A stretch of DNA of 64,000 nucleotides from Smithella sp. (GTDB lineage Bacteria; Desulfobacterota; Syntrophia; Syntrophales; Smithellaceae). Shown here one piece after another: positions 16,547-26,238 of this stretch. The position numbers and the translations under genes are program-made. Below the pieces are notes generated by a model. That model was not told where the DNA came from. It ran no database searches and saw only the letters and a program-made list of their open reading frames with translations. Position 1 is the first letter of the stretch; each line of letters opens with the position of its first letter. Location: positions 239,924-303,923 of the forward strand of contig JAGPFC010000001.1 in the NCBI GenBank assembly GCA_018056685.1. The letters are read 5' to 3'.

Positions 16547-19500
16547 TTAAGCCTTTTCTACGTTGACCATGAACGCCTTGTACTCGGGGCAGAAGGTGTT
16601 CGCGTCGCCAACGGTTGGGGTTAATACATTCGTGCTGTCACTGGTGCTGTCCTTGGGGAAGAGCCAGCCGTAATTGAAGGGCATGCCGACCTGATGCACC
16701 GTTTTTCCTTCAACCGTAAACGGCTTGAAGCGTTTGGTCACCATGGCCACGCAGGGCGCTTCACCACGAATGGAGGAAACCTTGACCCGGTCGCCGTTCT
16801 TAATGCCTTTTTCCTCAGCCAGTTTGTCGCCGATTTCCACATAGAGTTCCGGCTGCATCTCGAGGAGCCATGCCTGCCAACGGGTTAACGCGCCGGTGCA
16901 CCAGTGCTCCGTGCAGGAATAGGTTGTGCAGACATACGGGAATTTTTCGCTTGCTCTGGCTATCTTGTCCACATCTTTATTCTTATCGAAGATCTCGATG
17001 GCCGGATTGATAAGCTGTCCCGACATCGGGTTCTTCGCCAGCGGTCCTTCCAGCGGCTCGTAATGTTCGGGGAAAGGACCTTCGACCATGCCGGGGCCGA
17101 ATAAAGCGCCCACGCCGTCGGTCTTCATAATGAAGGGGTACTTCCCTTTTTCCTTGTTTGCCTGCGGCGGCCAGGGACCATCCGGCACATCGCCTTCCCA
17201 TTTATCGCCCTTCCATTCCAGAAGTTTGCGTTTGGGATTGTAGGGCTTGCCGTTGACATCGCAGGAAGCCCGGTTGTAAAGGATGCGGCGGTTAACCGGC
17301 CAGGCGAAAGCCCAGTTGGGGAAGAGACCCAGACCGGTCGGATCTTCCTTGCCGCGTGATGCCATCCGGTTAATGCCTTCGGCGGTGTAGCTGCCGGAGA
17401 TGCACCAGTTGCCGCATGCCGTCTTTCCGTCAACCTGAAGATTGCCGAAACCCGGCACCAGTTGGCCTTTCTTGTACAAGGTCGTCGTGCCTTTGGCTTT
17501 ATCTTCGATGACGGTATCTTCCAGGAAGACACCGTTGATCTGATGAGCTACTTTAATAACGTCATAGTGCCCCTTGTCATTCAGATAATCCCACTTGAGA
17601 TTCACGATGGGCTCGGGACATACGCCGCCTTCTTTGGCGTAAAGTTTTTTGACTGCGGCCATAATCTTGATTTCGATTTCACCCACGGGAATGGCGTCGC
17701 CGGGAGAGTCGGCAGCCTTGTATTTCCACTGTACCCAGCGGCCGGAATTGCTCTGCGAACCTTCTTTTTCCATCGTCGCAGAAGCGGGCAGGAGGAAACA
17801 TTCCGTCTTGATCTTTGCAGGATCGACGCCGGGGCCTCTCCAGAACTGATAGGTTTCATTGTCGAAAATGTTTTCGCCGATGAGCCAGTCCAGATTTTGG
17901 AGCGCTTTGCGAACTTTGTTGCTGTTCGGTGTGCTGACGGCGGGATCCGCGCCAATGGCAAAGAATCCCTTGATCTTGCCCTCATACATCCGGTCAAACA
18001 GGTGCATCGTGGAATAATGTTTCCCGTCGTCCATCTTGGGCAACCAGTGATAGCCAAAATCATTATCCTTCGTTGCCTTGTTGTCCCACAACGATTTCAG
18101 GAAGCTGACAAAGAACTTCGGATAATTCTGGTAGTAGTTGGCCGATTGCGGATCCTTGGATTCCGGCGTGTATTTTTTCAGATAATGTTCCAGCGAATCT
18201 AGTGACGCGGAAGGCGTCTTCAGATAGCCGGGAAGAACGTTGTAAAGGATCGCGTGGTCCGTGGAACCCTGAACGTTCGGTTCACCGCGCAGCGCGTTAA
18301 TGCCGCCGCCCGCAACGCCCATATTGCCTAACAGCAACTGAATAATCGACATCGCGCGGATGTTCTGGCTGCCGACGGTATGATGTGTCCAGCCCAGAGC
18401 GTAGCATTCCGTACCGGCTTTGTCCGCAACGCCGGTGGCGCTGTAGGCTTTATAAACCTTGAGGAGGTTTTCTTTCGATACGCCGGTAATGCTGGAAACC
18501 TTATCGAGCGTGTAACGGGAATAATGTTTTTTCAGCATCTGGAAAACACAGCGGGAATCCGTCAGGCTCATATCCCGTTTGGGAATTCCCAATTCATTTT
18601 TTTCCAGCACCCAGGTTGCTTTATCATACTTGCGCGTCTTGGCATCATAACCGGAGAAAAGGCCGTCATTGAAGGTGTAATCTTTTCCGATGATAAAGGA
18701 CGCGTTGGTATAGTTCAACACATAGTCTTTAAAGTATTTATTGTTCTGAAGAATGTAATGAATCATGCCACCGAGGAAAGCGATATCCGTGCCGGAACGA
18801 AGCGGCACATGAAAATCGCAACGGGCGGACGTTCTTGTATAACGGGGATCGACATGGATAACGGTTGCTCCCTTCTCCTTCGCTCGCATGATCCATTTGA
18901 AGGCGATGGGATGATGCTCGGCAGCATTGCTGCCCATAATAAGAATAACGTCTGCGTTTTTTAAATCACAGTAGTGGTTCGTCATGGAACCGCGTCCGAA
19001 CGACTCTCCCAGAGCCGCTACAGATGGACTGTGTCAGACACGGGCCTGATGGTCAATATAGACAAGCCCGAGAGAACGCGCCATGACGGTAACCAGCCAG
19101 CATTCTTCATTATCGATATTTGAACTGCCGTAGTGGCCGATCGCTTCGCAACGGTTGACCAGTTCGCCCTTGGCGTTGGTCCGGGTGAAATTCTTGTCAC
19201 GTGTGTCCTTGATCAGGCGGGCCATGCGGGGCAGCGCCCAATCCCAGTCTTTTTCTTCCCACTCCGTTCCGTACGGTTTGCGGTAGAGAACCTTCGTCAG
19301 CCGGTGTTTGTTGGCTTCGGTCAGGTCGAAGAAACCCGCGCCCTTGGCGCACAGCGATCCCTCATTGATGGGATGATCGGCGTCGCCTTCAATGTTAATA
19401 ATCTTTCCCGTCGCCTTATCCGTGCTGCAAACCAGACCGCAGCCGACGGAACAGTAACAGCAAATCGTTGTCGTCTGTTTGGCGGCTTTAACTCGATTCA

Positions 19501-19636
19501 TCTTGTCTAACTCTTCCGCATATGCCCGCGTCGGCTTCAGATTAAGACCCAAGCTGGACAGGGCAATCCCGCCTCCGACGGCGCTGGACAGAGTTAAAAA
19601 ACCTCTTCTTGTTATCTTCATATAAATCCTCCCCAA
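16547..19636 (-). CDS. fdnG: periplasmic formate dehydrogenase alpha subunit, Tat-exported, selenocysteine-containing (in-frame TGA at 19034-19036)
   Basis: Tat signal MKITRRGFLTLSSAV..AYA. The join across the TGA reads ..YIDHQARV-U-HSPSVAALGESFGRGSMTNHY. The remainder is a molybdopterin oxidoreductase domain. Confidence 0.9.
19001..19036 (-). promoter_or_regulatory. UGA(Sec) codon plus putative SECIS hairpin
   Basis: The mRNA reads UGA-N16-CGGCUCU-GGG-AGAGUCG: a 7-bp stem including one G-U pair, with a G-rich loop (19001-19017). Confidence 0.45.
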
Positions 19637-19832
19637 ATACCTCTGTCATTTTTGGTATATGTCAAACGTGGCATAAATTGACCGAAAGTCAGAAAAAAGT
19701 CAATATGTTATATTAAACATATTTAGAGAATCTTCGTTCAGAAAATTCATCGTTTTGAAACCATTTAAAACTTGACAGAAACACAATAAGGTGTCACTAA
19801 ATTATTATTCGTAGCACAAAAGGAGGGTTTAA

Positions 19833-20615
19833 ATGCTTAAGAATTGGTCTGCAAAAGGATTAATGCTGGTAGCGGCGCTGCTCTTTGCCTGCCCATCCTG
19901 GGCGGCACATCCGCTGATTACCGACGACACCGGCACACAGGGAAAGGGGAATTTTCAACTGGAGTTCAACGGTCAGTATGACCGGGACAAAGAAAATGTC
20001 GGGGGTGTTTCGGTTAAGGCAACGGGAGTCGAGACGGCAGCCACGTTGTCTTACGGGATAGTAGATAATGTTGATCTGGTTATGAGTCTGCCTTATCTTT
20101 GGGGGAAAGAGAAAGAAAATGATATCGTTGTTTATGATGAGGACGGCATCGGCGATGCTTCATTCGAAGCCAAAATCAAGGTCTTTGAAAAAGAAGGCTT
20201 CAGCCTGGCCTTGAAACCGGGAATCAGCTTCCCCACCGGTGATGAAGACAAGGGACTGGGTACAGGGAAATTTGGAGGTCAGATTTTTTTCATTGCTTCC
20301 CAGGAAGTGGAACCGTTCGCGTTTCATGTTAATCTGGGATACATCAGAAATGAAAATGACGCCGACGAGCGCGAGAATATCTGGCATGCTTCCGTTGCTA
20401 CTGTCTGGGAAGTCGTTAAAGACTTAAGTCTGGTCGCCAATATCGGTGTTGAGCGCAATCCTGATGGCGACGCGGATGATGATCCTGCTTTTGTTCTTGG
20501 CGGAATTATTTATTCGATCAATGAAAATTTGGATATCGACCTCGGCATGAAATACGGTTTGACCGATTCGGAAGCCGACATTTCCGCACTCGCCGGACTT
20601 GCGTTCCGGTTCTAG
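19833..20615 (+). CDS. outer-membrane beta-barrel transporter (MetA-pathway-of-phenol-degradation-like family)
   Basis: Signal peptide ..CPSWA|AHPLITDDTGTQGKGNFQLEF, alternating beta-strand pattern, C-terminal ..LAGLAFRF. Confidence 0.6.
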   Translation: MLKNWSAKGLMLVAALLFACPSWAAHPLITDDTGTQGKGNFQLEFNGQYDRDKENVGGVSVKATGVETAATLSYGIVDNVDLVMSLPYLWGKEKENDIVVYDEDGIGDASFEAKIKVFEKEGFSLALKPGISFPTGDEDKGLGTGKFGGQIFFIASQEVEPFAFHVNLGYIRNENDADERENIWHASVATVWEVVKDLSLVANIGVERNPDGDADDDPAFVLGGIIYSINENLDIDLGMKYGLTDSEADISALAGLAFRF

Positions 20616-20659
20616 AGATGAAGGCGGATAACTGATCTTTTTTTAAAGGAGAACTTAAC

Positions 20660-21694
20660 ATGCATATGGCGGATGCTTTACTTTCACCCGCGGTGGGAGC
20701 AACGATGTGGGCCGGTTCCGCGGCAGCCATTGGATATTCTTCCAAAAAATTGAAGGAGAATCTGGATAACAAGACGATTCCGTTGATGGGTATCATGGGA
20801 GCGTTTATTTTCGCTGCGCAAATGATCAATTTCACCATTCCGGGAACAGGCTCCAGCGGCCATATCGGCGGCGGTATGATTCTGACCGTTCTTCTGGGAC
20901 CATACGCGGCCTTTCTGGCCATTGCCTCCGTGCTGGTGGTTCAGGCGCTTTTTTTCGCCGATGGAGGACTGCTTGCCCTGGGCTGTAATATCTGGAACCT
21001 GGGAATTTATCCCTGTTTTATCGCCTACCCGTTGATTTATAAACCCATCGCCGGAGACTCGACAAACACAAGGCGAATATTCATTGCCGCAATTGTCAGC
21101 GTCATCATTGCCCTGCAGTTGGGCGCTTTTTCAGTGGTTCTGGAAACGCTTTTGTCCGGCAAGAGCGAACTGCCCTTCGAGACTTTTGTCCTGCTGATGC
21201 AGCCGATTCATCTGGCCATCGGTCTAATAGAGGGCATGATCACGGCCGGCATCATTCTTTATGTGAAACAGGCCCGGCCGGAAATTCTGGAAGCCAGTAT
21301 CGCCGCTCGTCCCCTGGATGCCGGTCTTTCCATTAAGAATGTTCTGGTCGGTTTTGTGATTCTGGCGGTGATGACCGGAGGAGCGCTTTCCTGGTTTGCC
21401 TCAACGCACCCCGATGGACTGGAATGGTCCATAGAAAAGGTGACCGGCAAGGGCGAACTCGAAGAACAAACAAGCGGGATAGTTCCCGTATTGAAAGATA
21501 TTCAGGAAAAGACGGCGTTTCTTCCCGATTACGGTTTCAAACCGGCGGCCGTTGAACAAGAAACTGAAGAGGCGCCTCCCGCCTGGCCGGGCATTGAACC
21601 CGGAACTTCCGTCGCCGGCATTGTCGGGGCGGCCATTGTTCTGATGTTTATTGTCTTTATCGGATTCGGAATCCGGATTTTCAAAAAACAATAG
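20660..21694 (+). CDS. cbiM: ECF transporter substrate component CbiM/NikM fused to a PDGLE (CbiN/NikN-like) C-terminal module
   Basis: MHMADALLSP..GSSGHIGGG.. is a CbiM signature. C-terminal HPDGLEWSIEKV plus a final TM. Confidence 0.8.
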   Translation: MHMADALLSPAVGATMWAGSAAAIGYSSKKLKENLDNKTIPLMGIMGAFIFAAQMINFTIPGTGSSGHIGGGMILTVLLGPYAAFLAIASVLVVQALFFADGGLLALGCNIWNLGIYPCFIAYPLIYKPIAGDSTNTRRIFIAAIVSVIIALQLGAFSVVLETLLSGKSELPFETFVLLMQPIHLAIGLIEGMITAGIILYVKQARPEILEASIAARPLDAGLSIKNVLVGFVILAVMTGGALSWFASTHPDGLEWSIEKVTGKGELEEQTSGIVPVLKDIQEKTAFLPDYGFKPAAVEQETEEAPPAWPGIEPGTSVAGIVGAAIVLMFIVFIGFGIRIFKKQ

Positions 21695-21717
21695 CATTGC
21701 CCGGAAATATTTGATTT

Positions 21718-21757
21718 ACGCCCTGACAGAAAATAACTGGATTTACTGTCAGGGCGT
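21718..21757 (+). other. 12-bp perfect-stem hairpin between cbiM(N) and cbiQ
   Basis: acgccctgacag-N16-ctgtcagggcgt. No clean T-run follows. Confidence 0.6.
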
Positions 21758-21836
21758 ATGATATTTGATATTGATATAAACATTGATTAAGCCCGGGTTA
21801 AGCAATAGAAGAAAATGGCCGCTTTGATTTTCTCAG

Positions 21837-22691
21837 ATGTCTATTGCGCGATCCGGCGTAAAGCACACACCGGATCGAACCATGACGTTTGACACACAAT
21901 ATTACAATATCGGATTTCTCGATCAGCTCTCCTACAAGAACACCTTCGTCCACCGGCTGGATCCGCGTGTCAAACTGGCGGTTACCCTTCTTTTTTTATT
22001 TACGGTCATTTCTTTTTCCAAGTACGAAACCGTTGCCCTGCTGCCTTTTTTTCTTTATCCGATGCTTTTGATGACGCTGGGCGAAATTCCGCTTATATTT
22101 ATTTTTAAAAAAGTCCTTCTCGTTTCTCCTTTCGCTGTCTTTATCGGCATCTTCAATCCGCTGTTGGATTCGGGACAGATCGTGATATTGAATGGATTTA
22201 CGATTTCAGCGGGGTGGTTGTCTTTTATTTCCATCCTGATCAAGTTCGCGCTCACCGTCAGTACCGCGCTGCTGCTTATCGCCACCACCTCTTTTCCCGG
22301 TGTCTGCCATGCGTTGAGGCAGTTGGGGCTGCCTTCGATTTTCGTTTCGCAGCTTCTTTTTCTCTACCGCTATATTTTTGTCCTGATGGAAGAAACCATG
22401 CGGATTGTCCGGGCGAGAAACATGCGCTCATTCAGCGAGCGCGGCAAAGGCATCAAAATTTTTGTCCGCATAGTAGGAATACTTTTCCTCAGATCCGTGG
22501 AGAAAGCGGAACGGGTGTATTATGCCATGCTGTCGCGGGGTTTTCAGGGCGATATGCCCACGCTGAAACGTTTTCAAATTAAATCGGCTGATGTGGTTTT
22601 TGCGTTATGCGCGGTTGCCCTGCTTTTCGTTTTCAGATTCTATCCGGCAACTGAAATACTGGGCCGGTTTGTGCAAGGGGTTTTTTCATGA
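21837..22691 (+). CDS. cbiQ: ECF transporter transmembrane (T) component CbiQ
   Basis: Multi-TM protein with the conserved ..RARNMRSF.. loop. Overlaps cbiO by 4 nt. The start is uncertain (an alternative ATG is at 21882). Confidence 0.75.
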   Translation: MSIARSGVKHTPDRTMTFDTQYYNIGFLDQLSYKNTFVHRLDPRVKLAVTLLFLFTVISFSKYETVALLPFFLYPMLLMTLGEIPLIFIFKKVLLVSPFAVFIGIFNPLLDSGQIVILNGFTISAGWLSFISILIKFALTVSTALLLIATTSFPGVCHALRQLGLPSIFVSQLLFLYRYIFVLMEETMRIVRARNMRSFSERGKGIKIFVRIVGILFLRSVEKAERVYYAMLSRGFQGDMPTLKRFQIKSADVVFALCAVALLFVFRFYPATEILGRFVQGVFS

Positions 22692-23422
22692 GCCATCATA
22701 TTGTGGAATTTAAAAATGTCTCTTTCCGCTATCCGGACGGAACGCTTGCGCTGAAGGATATTTCTTTCCGGATCACGCACGGCGAATCGGTGGGAATCAT
22801 CGGCGCCAACGGAGCCGGCAAGTCCACCCTCCTGATGCACATGAACGGTTACCTCATGCCGACTTCGGGAACGGTGAATATCGGCGATGTTTATCTGACC
22901 CAAAAGACACAGCAGGAAATCCGCAGAAAAGTCGGCATCGTTTTTCAGAATCCCGATGATCAGCTCTTCATGCCGACGGTTTACGAAGATGTCGCCTTCG
23001 GACCGCTCAATCTGGGGCTGGATGAAGCGGCCGTGCGGGAACGGGTGAATTTTGCATTGAACCTTGTCAACGGCCTTGAGTTAAAAAACAAACCGCCGCA
23101 TCATCTCTCCTGCGGTCAGAAAAGCGCTGTGGCTATCGCCTCGGTCATAGCCATGGAGCCGGATATTCTTGCCATGGACGAACCGGCGGCCAATCTCGAC
23201 CCCCGATCGAGACGACTGTTGATCAATCTGCTTAAAACATTCGCGCATTCGAAAATAATAGCATCGCACGATCTGGATTTGATTATGGATGTCTGCCGGC
23301 GCTGCATCATCATTAGGGAAGGTACTGTGGTGGCCGATGGCCCGGTTTCGGAAATACTTGCCGACAAAAAACTTTTGGAAGAAAATAATCTGGAGCTGCC
23401 CCTGTCGTTTCAGCGGTGCTGA
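22688..23422 (+). CDS. cbiO: ECF transporter ATPase CbiO
   Basis: Walker A GANGAGKST, signature LSCGQK, Walker B ILAMDEP. Confidence 0.85.
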   Translation: MSHHIVEFKNVSFRYPDGTLALKDISFRITHGESVGIIGANGAGKSTLLMHMNGYLMPTSGTVNIGDVYLTQKTQQEIRRKVGIVFQNPDDQLFMPTVYEDVAFGPLNLGLDEAAVRERVNFALNLVNGLELKNKPPHHLSCGQKSAVAIASVIAMEPDILAMDEPAANLDPRSRRLLINLLKTFAHSKIIASHDLDLIMDVCRRCIIIREGTVVADGPVSEILADKKLLEENNLELPLSFQRC

Positions 23423-23435
23423 AATCAGGACAATG

Positions 23436-23852
23436 TCAGGGCAAATCCTTGCCTTTTGTGGCCATCATAAATCCGGCGTGTTTCACGCTCTTGATGGACT
23501 TCAGTTTCTGATAAAGTTCTTCTATTTCCTTCGACTTACCTTTGGTCACAATGATTTCAAAGCAATTGTGATGATCCAGATGAATATGCTGGGAGGAAAG
23601 AATACAGGCATGATAATCGTGCTGAACATCGAGTACTTTAGTAACCAGTTCCCGGGTGTGGTGATCATAAACCAGCGTAATGGCCCCGGTCACTTCCTTA
23701 TTTTCAGTCCATTCCTTCTTGACCAACTCATCACGAATCATGTCACGTAAAGCTTCCGAACGATTGGTGTATTTCTTCTGTTTTATATGACGGTCGAATT
23801 TAACCAGTAAATCTTCCTCCAGCGAAACACCGAAACGAACCAGTTTGGACAT
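23436..23852 (-). CDS. nikR: nickel-responsive regulator NikR
   Basis: Ribbon-helix-helix N-terminus MSKLVRFGVSLEEDLLVKFD. The C-terminal ACT-like domain has an H..H.C metal-site pattern (HHT..HDYHAC..H.H). Confidence 0.85.
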   Translation of the reverse strand: MSKLVRFGVSLEEDLLVKFDRHIKQKKYTNRSEALRDMIRDELVKKEWTENKEVTGAITLVYDHHTRELVTKVLDVQHDYHACILSSQHIHLDHHNCFEIIVTKGKSKEIEELYQKLKSIKSVKHAGFMMATKGKDLP

Positions 23853-23963
23853 AAGTTTACCCCCTGCTGATTGATAGCCTAAAATAGGATAAGAACAGAA
23901 AAAAGGTCAAGATATATTACAGAGCGTCAACGGATAACCGCCTGAAACAAGAAAAAAACGGCA

Positions 23964-24815
23964 ATGGAAAGCCGTTTATGTTATATAAGCGTCAAGATGG
24001 AACTGCAGAAATCATTGAATCATCTACAGCATATCATAAAAGAATCAGCGCCCCTGGCCGTGGCTTATTCAGGCGGCGTGGACAGCACGTTTCTTTTGAA
24101 AGTCGCCCATGACGTGTTGAAAGACAACGTCATCGCCATAACCGCCCGGTCGGCGACCTTTCCCGAACGCGAATTTAAGGAAGCAAAGGCTTTTGCGCGC
24201 GGCATCGGCATCAGGCATATCGTCATCCAAACCGATGAATTAAAAATCAAAGGATTTGCCGAAAATCGGCCTGACCGCTGCTATTTGTGCAAATATGAAC
24301 TGTTTTCCAAATTCAAGTCCGTGGCGGAAAAACATCATATCCAATGGATGGCCGAAGGTTCCAATGCCGATGACGTCAAGGATTATCGCCCCGGCACGCG
24401 GGCGCTCAAAGATCTGGGCGTTTTAAGCCCGCTGCGGGAAGCCGGTTTCACTAAAGACGCCATTCGGAAATTATCCAAAAAGATGGGATTGCCCACGTGG
24501 GACAAACCGTCCTTTGCCTGCCTGGCATCGCGCTTTCCCTACGGCGAGAAAATCACCCGCGACAAACTGGACATGGTGAATCACGCCGAAGAGTACCTAC
24601 TCCGGTTGGGGTTCAAACAGGTTCGCGTGCGTCATCATGGCGACATGGCGAGGATTGAAGTGGCGGAAAATGAAAGACGGAAGTTTTTCAATTTGAAACT
24701 GATGAATGACATCCACAAAAAATTCCGGCAAATCGGCTTTGCCTATTGCGCTTTGGACCTTAAAGGCTACCGCACCGGCAGCCTAAATGAAGTGCTGAAT
24801 CTTGAAATAACATAA
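23964..24815 (+). CDS. larE: nickel-pincer cofactor biosynthesis protein LarE (ATP-dependent sulfur transferase)
   Basis: PP-loop VAYSGGVDSTFL and the conserved PSFACLASRFPYG cysteine motif. The start may be the internal Met at 23997. Confidence 0.8.
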   Translation: MESRLCYISVKMELQKSLNHLQHIIKESAPLAVAYSGGVDSTFLLKVAHDVLKDNVIAITARSATFPEREFKEAKAFARGIGIRHIVIQTDELKIKGFAENRPDRCYLCKYELFSKFKSVAEKHHIQWMAEGSNADDVKDYRPGTRALKDLGVLSPLREAGFTKDAIRKLSKKMGLPTWDKPSFACLASRFPYGEKITRDKLDMVNHAEEYLLRLGFKQVRVRHHGDMARIEVAENERRKFFNLKLMNDIHKKFRQIGFAYCALDLKGYRTGSLNEVLNLEIT

Positions 24816-24846
24816 AGATGACAAATTAAAGAAAGAACGGAAAGCT

Positions 24847-24877
24847 AACCTGACCGCTGTTTCTGGCAGGTCAGGTT
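24847..24877. terminator. bidirectional terminator hairpin between the convergent larE and the EVE-like gene
   Basis: aacctgacc-N13-ggtcaggtt (9-bp stem). Confidence 0.55.
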
Positions 24878-24894
24878 CAGCGCCTGATTGGGAC

Positions 24895-26001
24895 TCATAT
24901 TTCCTCAATCTCGCACGACTCAGAAATCTCCTCCAGAAACTCCGGTCTTATGAACCTCAAGATGTGACTGACTGCCTTGATCTGGTCCCTTAGGTTGCTA
25001 AACGAGATAAACCGGCATATCTCGGACAATGGTGGTTTGAGGTGCGAGAATGTCGGTCTGTTAACTTCCGTGACTACCTTATCACGGCGATCATCGGGCG
25101 CCACTAGATAGAGTGGAATGTTCAGGTTTGGCTGCATGACGACGAGGTCTGCCATACGGAGGAGGCCGGAGTAAATTGAAGTGGTGCTTTCCACTTCAAA
25201 TGCAGCGACAATAGCGTTTCCCTTCAACCACAAGACGTCAATCAACTCGATTGTCTTGTTTGTTGCTTCGTCAAACTGAAGTGGCAATTCCGCCTTTAGT
25301 TTCGGGAGGTCGGTGAACTTCTTTCCATCCCACGCCTTGCCCCGATCATTTCTGGCTACCCAAGTATCGAAGCCCATGTCGGAGCCGAGCTTTAGAAGAT
25401 GCCACTGAATTTCCGTATGCTCTCTCGGCTTCTTGCTCTCTACATCGCTTTCAGGAAGGTCTTCCTCCTCTGAACCGGGGACTGTGACAGAGCCGACTTT
25501 TGTTTTCAAGGTGTTTGGTCGGTATTTCAACTTGCGTTCGTCAATAGGGCGAGAGACGGGGTTAGCCTGGGCATCGAGGATAGCGGCAACAACAGCTTCA
25601 CCATCGTCAGCAGACCACTTTGCTGGAGAGCCACGAAAATGGCCGGTCCAAGCGTGGGGACTAGTGAGATTCTCAAAGAAGGAGAGTTGCTCTCTAAGGT
25701 GAAGGACGGGGATGGCCGTTTCCGGCGTTAATTCGCCTACGATTCTGACCTTAAGGCGGCACGGAAAGTCCTCGTCTTTCCATATCGGGGTTTTGTCTTT
25801 GTAAGGTTTGTCTGTCACTTCAAGGATACCGATGAATCGGGAAACCCCTGTCAGATAACACAGCAGATAGTCGCCGGGCTTTATCTTGCTTACGGCGTTC
25901 CAGCGAGATTCGCGGAAACCAGAAACCTTCCCTCCCGCTGCTTTGAACTCCGCCCATGTTACACCTGTGAACAGGTCGAGCCAGTAATTCCGCTTAGTCA
26001 T
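24895..26001 (-). CDS. PUA/EVE-like N-terminal domain fused to a restriction-endonuclease-like C-terminal domain (candidate modification-dependent nuclease)
   Basis: The N-terminus NYWLDLFTGVTW..FRESRWN..IKPGDYLLCYLTGVSRFIGILEV..W..FPCRLKVRIV fits an EVE/PUA-like pattern. The C-terminus HTEIQWHLLKLGSDMGFDTWVARND...IDVLWLKGNAIVAAFEVESTTSIYSGLLRMADL fits a nuclease-core D...E-x-E pattern. Confidence 0.55.
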   Translation of the reverse strand: MTKRNYWLDLFTGVTWAEFKAAGGKVSGFRESRWNAVSKIKPGDYLLCYLTGVSRFIGILEVTDKPYKDKTPIWKDEDFPCRLKVRIVGELTPETAIPVLHLREQLSFFENLTSPHAWTGHFRGSPAKWSADDGEAVVAAILDAQANPVSRPIDERKLKYRPNTLKTKVGSVTVPGSEEEDLPESDVESKKPREHTEIQWHLLKLGSDMGFDTWVARNDRGKAWDGKKFTDLPKLKAELPLQFDEATNKTIELIDVLWLKGNAIVAAFEVESTTSIYSGLLRMADLVVMQPNLNIPLYLVAPDDRRDKVVTEVNRPTFSHLKPPLSEICRFISFSNLRDQIKAVSHILRFIRPEFLEEISESCEIEEI

Positions 26002-26039
26002 ATGAATATCCTCGATTCATTCTCTTAGTCCTAACAATG

Positions 26040-26057
26040 TTTATACAGTCTGTATAA
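26040..26057. promoter_or_regulatory. palindromic operator-like site, TTATACAG-T-CTGTATAA
   Basis: Perfect 8+1+8 palindrome 39 bp upstream of the EVE-like gene start. A half-site ctgtataaatc lies at 26083-26093. Confidence 0.6.
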
Positions 26058-26172
26058 TTCTGTAAACACAGACAGTCTCTTTCTGTATAAATCGTTTTTG
26101 AGTCTTTATTTTTTTATAACAATTGTTAAATAAATCAAGCTATTAAATCCTAATTTTTCATTTTTCGTTTCT

Positions 26173-26195
26173 GATTTATACAGACTGTATAAATC
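26173..26195. promoter_or_regulatory. palindromic operator-like site, GATTTATACAG-A-CTGTATAAATC
   Basis: Perfect 11+1+11 palindrome sharing its core with 26040-26057. It lies 44 bp downstream of the larB stop. Confidence 0.6.
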
Positions 26196-26238
26196 AGACT
26201 ACCTTTTTTGTGAAATCACCTCAATGACGTTGCTGTTA

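Noticed and set aside
19664-19680. tggcataaattgac considered as a sigma-54 -24/-12 element.
   Set aside because: The spacing between GG and the downstream element is about 2 nt too short, and the -12 GC is absent.
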